A DNA stretch of 64,000 nt from Deltaproteobacteria bacterium. Lineage in GTDB: Bacteria > Myxococcota_A > Polyangia > HGW-17 > SLPX01. This document shows, in pieces, positions 60,299 to 64,000 of this stretch. The stretch lies in contig JAGGXR010000052.1 in NCBI GenBank assembly GCA_021162935.1, forward strand, positions 56,631 through 120,630, read 5' to 3'. The position numbers and the translations under genes are program-made. Under the pieces are notes generated by a model. It made no database searches and was not told the DNA's origin. It saw only the letters and a list, made by a program, of their open reading frames with translations. Each line of letters opens with the position of its first letter. The stretch's first letter is position 1.

Positions 60299-60445
60299 GG
60301 ATCGTACTCACTCTCTGTGGACGAACCTTCCGCCGCAGGCCTTCGGCCGACTCAGGGCACCTGGTCCACCGCGGGCGTTCGTCATCGTGGAAAACATTCG
60401 CCAGAGGCACCCTACGAGAAACGTAGGGGTCGCGGGAAGGGCGCG

Positions 60446-60901
60446 TCACGGAAGCGACCCGCATTCGGCCGCGGCGATCAGATCGAGCCGCCGCTGGTGA
60501 CGACCGCCCTCGAATTCGGTTTCCAGGAAGGCCGACAAGGTGGACCAGCCCAGTTCTGGCCCGACCACCCGGCCTCCCATGCACAGCACATTGGCGTCGT
60601 TGTGCCGTCTGGCCATGGTGGAACTGTAGGGTTCACTGCAGACCGTGGCTCGAATGCCCGGCACCTTGTTCGCGGCAACGGACATGCCCAGACCGGTTCC
60701 ACAGATCAGCAGGCCAAGAGCGTTCGGGTCCGCCACGATCCGCTTGGCCACTTCGAATGCATATGTGGGATAGTCCACGGAGCGTTCGGTCTCGACTCCG
60801 ACGTCTTCGACGTCCCAGCCATCTTCACGCAACCGCGCCACGAGCGCCGCTTTGAGGGCATAGCCTCCGTGGTCGCTTCCTGCAATCACCTTGCGTTTCA
60901 T
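60446..60901 (-). CDS. rpiB: Ribose-5-phosphate isomerase B
   Basis: MKRKVIAGSDHGGYALK…ICGTGLGMSVAANKVPGIRA…. Confidence 0.85.
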   Translation of the reverse strand: MKRKVIAGSDHGGYALKAALVARLREDGWDVEDVGVETERSVDYPTYAFEVAKRIVADPNALGLLICGTGLGMSVAANKVPGIRATVCSEPYSSTMARRHNDANVLCMGGRVVGPELGWSTLSAFLETEFEGGRHQRRLDLIAAAECGSLP

Positions 60902-61044
60902 GTCCGCCTCGACCAGAAACCGTCAGGTTCCGCCATGGCCCAGTCGACAGGCGTCACTGGTCTTTGCACCGACACCCGTTCGAGGAACACATTGCACCAC
61001 AGGCAGAGCCGACCGCGAATCGTTCGACTCTCCACGCAGCCACA

Positions 61045-61233
61045 TCAGCCTTCGGACTCGATTTCCTCGATGCGACGGTCGCCGTAGTAGCCGCAGGACG
61101 GACAAATCCGGTGTGGCATGTGCCACTCGTCGCAGTTGGGACAACGGACCAGGCCCGGGGCCGCAATCCTGTCGTGTTGCGCACGCCTCTTGTCGCGACG
61201 CGCCTTGGAGGTTCTTTTCTTTGGGACTGCCAT
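61045..61233 (-). CDS. rpmF: 50S ribosomal protein L32
   Basis: MAVPKKRTSKARRDKRRA…CPNC…CPSCGYY. Confidence 0.9.
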   Translation of the reverse strand: MAVPKKRTSKARRDKRRAQHDRIAAPGLVRCPNCDEWHMPHRICPSCGYYGDRRIEEIESEG

Positions 61234-61322
61234 CTTCCTACTCTCTTCTCTGTATCTGTTTCGCTCTCGATTCTACGATTTCGTTCCAAACCCGACCGAC
61301 CATCCGGCACAGGTCTTCGTTG

Positions 61323-61877
61323 CTACTGTCCACGCTCCTTGAGGGCAGCAAGGGGCGCCCATCGTGGATCCACGACAGCTTCGGTGCCATTTCGCTCATC
61401 GTCCATCTGTGCTTCCGCCTCGATCGTAATCCGGTCACCGAACCACTCGGGCCAGCAATCGGGGCGACACAAGGGCTTCAACGGAACCGCAAGCGCAAGC
61501 TGCTCCCGAATGTAGGGAGCCAGGTCCACTTCCTGATCCGAATCATAGTAACTTACTGCCATGTCTTCTGGTTCGAGTTCCACGTCACGAGCAAGAGAGC
61601 GTGCCGCGGGACGCTTGACCAAGACGAACGACACGTAGGTGTCCACGTCCACGGAAGCCGGCCCGAGGCAGCGGCTGCACTCCACGTCGAACGATCCCAC
61701 GACGCGACCATAAATCGTTACCGTCGTACCAGACAGGGCCGCCTCGACCTCGACATAGCCCTCGCTGCGACCGTTGGCCATGATGATGCCATGCAACTCC
61801 GACTCCATCCAGGCCGTGCTCAGGTCGAAACGAACGGACACGGGAGCCCGAGACATCTCGGACAGCCGTACTATCAT
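61323..61877 (-). CDS. yceD: YceD-family protein (DUF177; large-subunit rRNA accumulation protein), upstream of rpmF
   Basis: Its position immediately 5' of rpmF is conserved. Cys pairs …CSRCLG… and …CRPDC… are typical of DUF177. Confidence 0.65.
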   Translation of the reverse strand: MIVRLSEMSRAPVSVRFDLSTAWMESELHGIIMANGRSEGYVEVEAALSGTTVTIYGRVVGSFDVECSRCLGPASVDVDTYVSFVLVKRPAARSLARDVELEPEDMAVSYYDSDQEVDLAPYIREQLALAVPLKPLCRPDCWPEWFGDRITIEAEAQMDDERNGTEAVVDPRWAPLAALKERGQ

Positions 61878-62171
61878 GTTCGTCTTGCTCACGAAAAACC
61901 TATTCTTCTTCTCTCTCGTCGCCGAGCGGCCCACAAAGCCCCTCGGTCCAAGAGCGGCCATCGGGGGTGAACCGGACACCTTCCTACACAGGCGTTTGGT
62001 GTTTACCAAAAAACACTTTCCTGTCAAGCACTTGTTTCACGATTTCCAGCATACCCGACCGCCCGGGCCCGAAATGTGGGGCCCTGTCGGCAAAAAGACC
62101 ACCAACGCACCCAAATCCAAGGCCACGACCAGCACAGCAGCCTGACGCGCCGTCCGGAAGGACGCCGAAAA

Positions 62172-64000
62172 CTACCGCTTTTTGAACAGGTCTTCGAAGG
62201 GACGATTTCCAAAACCGTCGTCCCTGTTCACGCCCTGCTTTCCCGACTGTCCATGGCTGCCGCGCCCATTGCGGGCGTCTCGGTTGCTTCGGCCATCGCC
62301 GCCGCCCGGTTGCCCGCCTCCTCGGCGCCGATCCCGTCCGTCCGACCGATCCCCGCGGCGTTCAGATCTCTGACTCCCTCCCCCGTTCCTGGACCGACGC
62401 ACCTGCCCGGAAGCAGACCGCTCGCCCGATTGGTCTCCGGCCGCATGCCGATCCACCGGTTCGGCGGTCCTGGCGGTCAGGCCGATCCGATTTCGCTCCT
62501 GGTCCACGTCCAAGACCCGAACCTTGACCCGATCGCCCACCCGCACCACCTCGTGCGGGTCGCGGACGAACTGGTCGGAGAGCTGGCTGATGTGCACGAG
62601 CCCGTCCTGATGCACACCGATGTCCACGAACGCGCCGAAATTCGTCACGTTCGTGACCACCCCATCGAGGAGCATCCCGACCTCCAGGTCATTGATGGTC
62701 TGGACGTCGTCTCGAAACTGCACCGGATCGAAGCTGGCCCGAGGATCACGGCCTGGCTTGGCCAATTCCGTCATGATGTCTTTCAGAGTGGGTTCCCCGA
62801 CGTCGGGACTCATGTATGTGCGCCAGTCGATCTTCTTGACGAGCGTCTCGTTACCGACCAGTTCGTCGAGGGCCACCCCGAGGTCCGCCGCCATGCGCTC
62901 CACCAGCCCGTAGCGCTCGGGATGCACGGCCGAATGGTCCAAAGGATTCGAACTCTCGCGCACGCGCAAGAAACCCGCCGCCTGCTCATAGGCTTTCGGT
63001 CCGATGCCCTTGACCTTGAGCAGGGCTTTCCGACTCGGAAACGGTCCGTGAGCCTCACGATGGGCAACGATGTTCCTCGCGACCGAAGAGCCGACCCCGG
63101 CCACGTGCTGAAGCAGGAACGCGCTGGCCGTGCTCAGTTCCACGCCCACCCTGTTCACGCAGCTCTCGATCACCTCGCCGAGCTTCCGATCGAGCAGCTT
63201 CTGGTCCACGTCATGCTGGTACTGGCCAACGCCAATCGACTTAGGCTCAATCTTGACCAGCTCAGCCAACGGATCCTGAAGCCGCCGAGCAATGGAGATG
63301 GCGCCTCGCACCGTCACATCGAGATCCGGAAATTCCTGACGCGCCACGTCGGACGCACTATAGACCGACGCTCCCGCCTCGTTGACCGACACGGTGACTA
63401 CGGTCTTCAACCCAGCATCGGCCAGGGCCGACTTCACAAGAGCCAGCGTCTCGCGGCCGGCGGTCCCGTTTCCGACCGCCACAGCAAAAGGATCGTGCTT
63501 GCGGCAGAACGCCACGAAATCCTCGGCCGCCTTGCTCCGCGCCTCCTTCCCCCGAGACGGATAGATGGTGATGTTCGACAGGAACCGTCCGGTTCCATCC
63601 ACGGCCACGCACTTACATCCGGTCCGCAATCCTGGATCCACACCGACCACGGGACGCGCACCAAGAGGCGGCTCCAAGAGTCGATTTTCGAGATTCTTGG
63701 CAAAGACGTCCACGGCTTCGCGATCGGCCCGGATCTTGAGTTCCACGCGAACATCCGTCTGGATGCTCGGAGACAGACGCTTTGTGAAAGCCTGCTTCAC
63801 CGAGTGACGAAAACGCTCGGCCATGGGTGATTCCTCGTTCAGGCCCATCTTGTGCTCGATCCAACCGCACTGCCGCTCCTCGTCCACCTCGATGCGCGTG
63901 GCGAGCACCCCCTCGGCCTCCCCGCGACGGATCGCCAGGTAGCGATGCGAAGGAACCTTCGCCACCGGCTCGCTGTGGTCGTAGTAGTCTTCGAACTTGG
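62172..64000 (-). CDS. tex: Transcription accessory protein Tex (YqgF/HhH/S1 domains), 5'-truncated by window end
   Basis: …FEDYYDHSEP…, a YqgF-like region, HhH, and an S1 domain (…GMLLDGVVTNVTNFGAFVDIGVHQDGLVHISQL…VGDRVKVRVLDVDQERNRIGL). Arg/Gly-rich C-terminal tail. The frame is open to the window edge. Confidence 0.8.
   Translation of the reverse strand, partial: KFEDYYDHSEPVAKVPSHRYLAIRRGEAEGVLATRIEVDEERQCGWIEHKMGLNEESPMAERFRHSVKQAFTKRLSPSIQTDVRVELKIRADREAVDVFAKNLENRLLEPPLGARPVVGVDPGLRTGCKCVAVDGTGRFLSNITIYPSRGKEARSKAAEDFVAFCRKHDPFAVAVGNGTAGRETLALVKSALADAGLKTVVTVSVNEAGASVYSASDVARQEFPDLDVTVRGAISIARRLQDPLAELVKIEPKSIGVGQYQHDVDQKLLDRKLGEVIESCVNRVGVELSTASAFLLQHVAGVGSSVARNIVAHREAHGPFPSRKALLKVKGIGPKAYEQAAGFLRVRESSNPLDHSAVHPERYGLVERMAADLGVALDELVGNETLVKKIDWRTYMSPDVGEPTLKDIMTELAKPGRDPRASFDPVQFRDDVQTINDLEVGMLLDGVVTNVTNFGAFVDIGVHQDGLVHISQLSDQFVRDPHEVVRVGDRVKVRVLDVDQERNRIGLTARTAEPVDRHAAGDQSGERSASGQVRRSRNGGGSQRSERRGDRSDGRDRRRGGGQPGGGDGRSNRDARNGRGSHGQSGKQGVNRDDGFGNRPFEDLFKKR

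Noticed and set aside
58400-60500. FMN riboswitch upstream of rib genes
   Set aside because: No AGGGCGGGG…GAAATTCCCCGACCGGCGGT-like core was found by eye on the minus strand. Only generic GC hairpins.
62930-62960. tRNA T-arm-like motif (ggattcgaactc) on the minus strand
   Set aside because: It lies inside the well-supported tex coding frame with no acceptor or anticodon arms around it.

Overview
This 64 kb window is a high-GC (~65%) chromosomal segment. The gene content (many TPR proteins, a Ser/Thr kinase beside an FHA/sigma-54 activator, an AgmX/PglI-type C-terminal domain, multiheme cytochromes) suggests a deltaproteobacterial / Myxococcota-like organism; that placement is inference. The six-frame track contains many long spurious ORFs, as expected at this GC content. 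After removing those I call about 48 protein-coding genes, one tRNA-Gly(CCC) with its terminator, one clear sigma-70-type promoter and rho-independent terminator around an HU gene, and several short tandem or direct repeats. No CRISPR array, rRNA, transposase or integrase was seen.

Housekeeping content includes an Fe3+ ABC importer, lnt, an SDR, glgP-type alpha-glucan phosphorylase, thioredoxin, ftsB, HU, an EF-G paralog, a conserved cluster on the minus strand (tex, yceD, rpmF, rpiB, nrdR, ribD, ribE, ribBA, ribH, nusB) and a PLD-family enzyme.

Four loci look most unusual: (1) an orphan type-III-secretion basal-body module (sigma-28-like factor, SctI-like protein, SctJ lipoprotein) with no other T3SS genes nearby; (2) an outer-membrane beta-barrel gene overlapping a highly basic gene with 13 CxxCH motifs, resembling a porin-cytochrome conduit; (3) an NpmA/KamB-family 16S rRNA m1A1408 methyltransferase homolog next to the EF-G paralog and tRNA-Gly; (4) a cation/proton antiporter fused to a PTS EIIA(Ntr)-type domain. 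Also notable are an MMPL / LolA-like / outer-membrane protein export module, a MerR-like plus sigma-70-region-4/Cys-motif pair behind an AT-rich leader with a perfect palindrome, and a Ser/Thr-kinase / FHA-GAF-sigma-54 activator signalling block.

Every functional assignment rests on reading motifs in the translations; no database search could be run.
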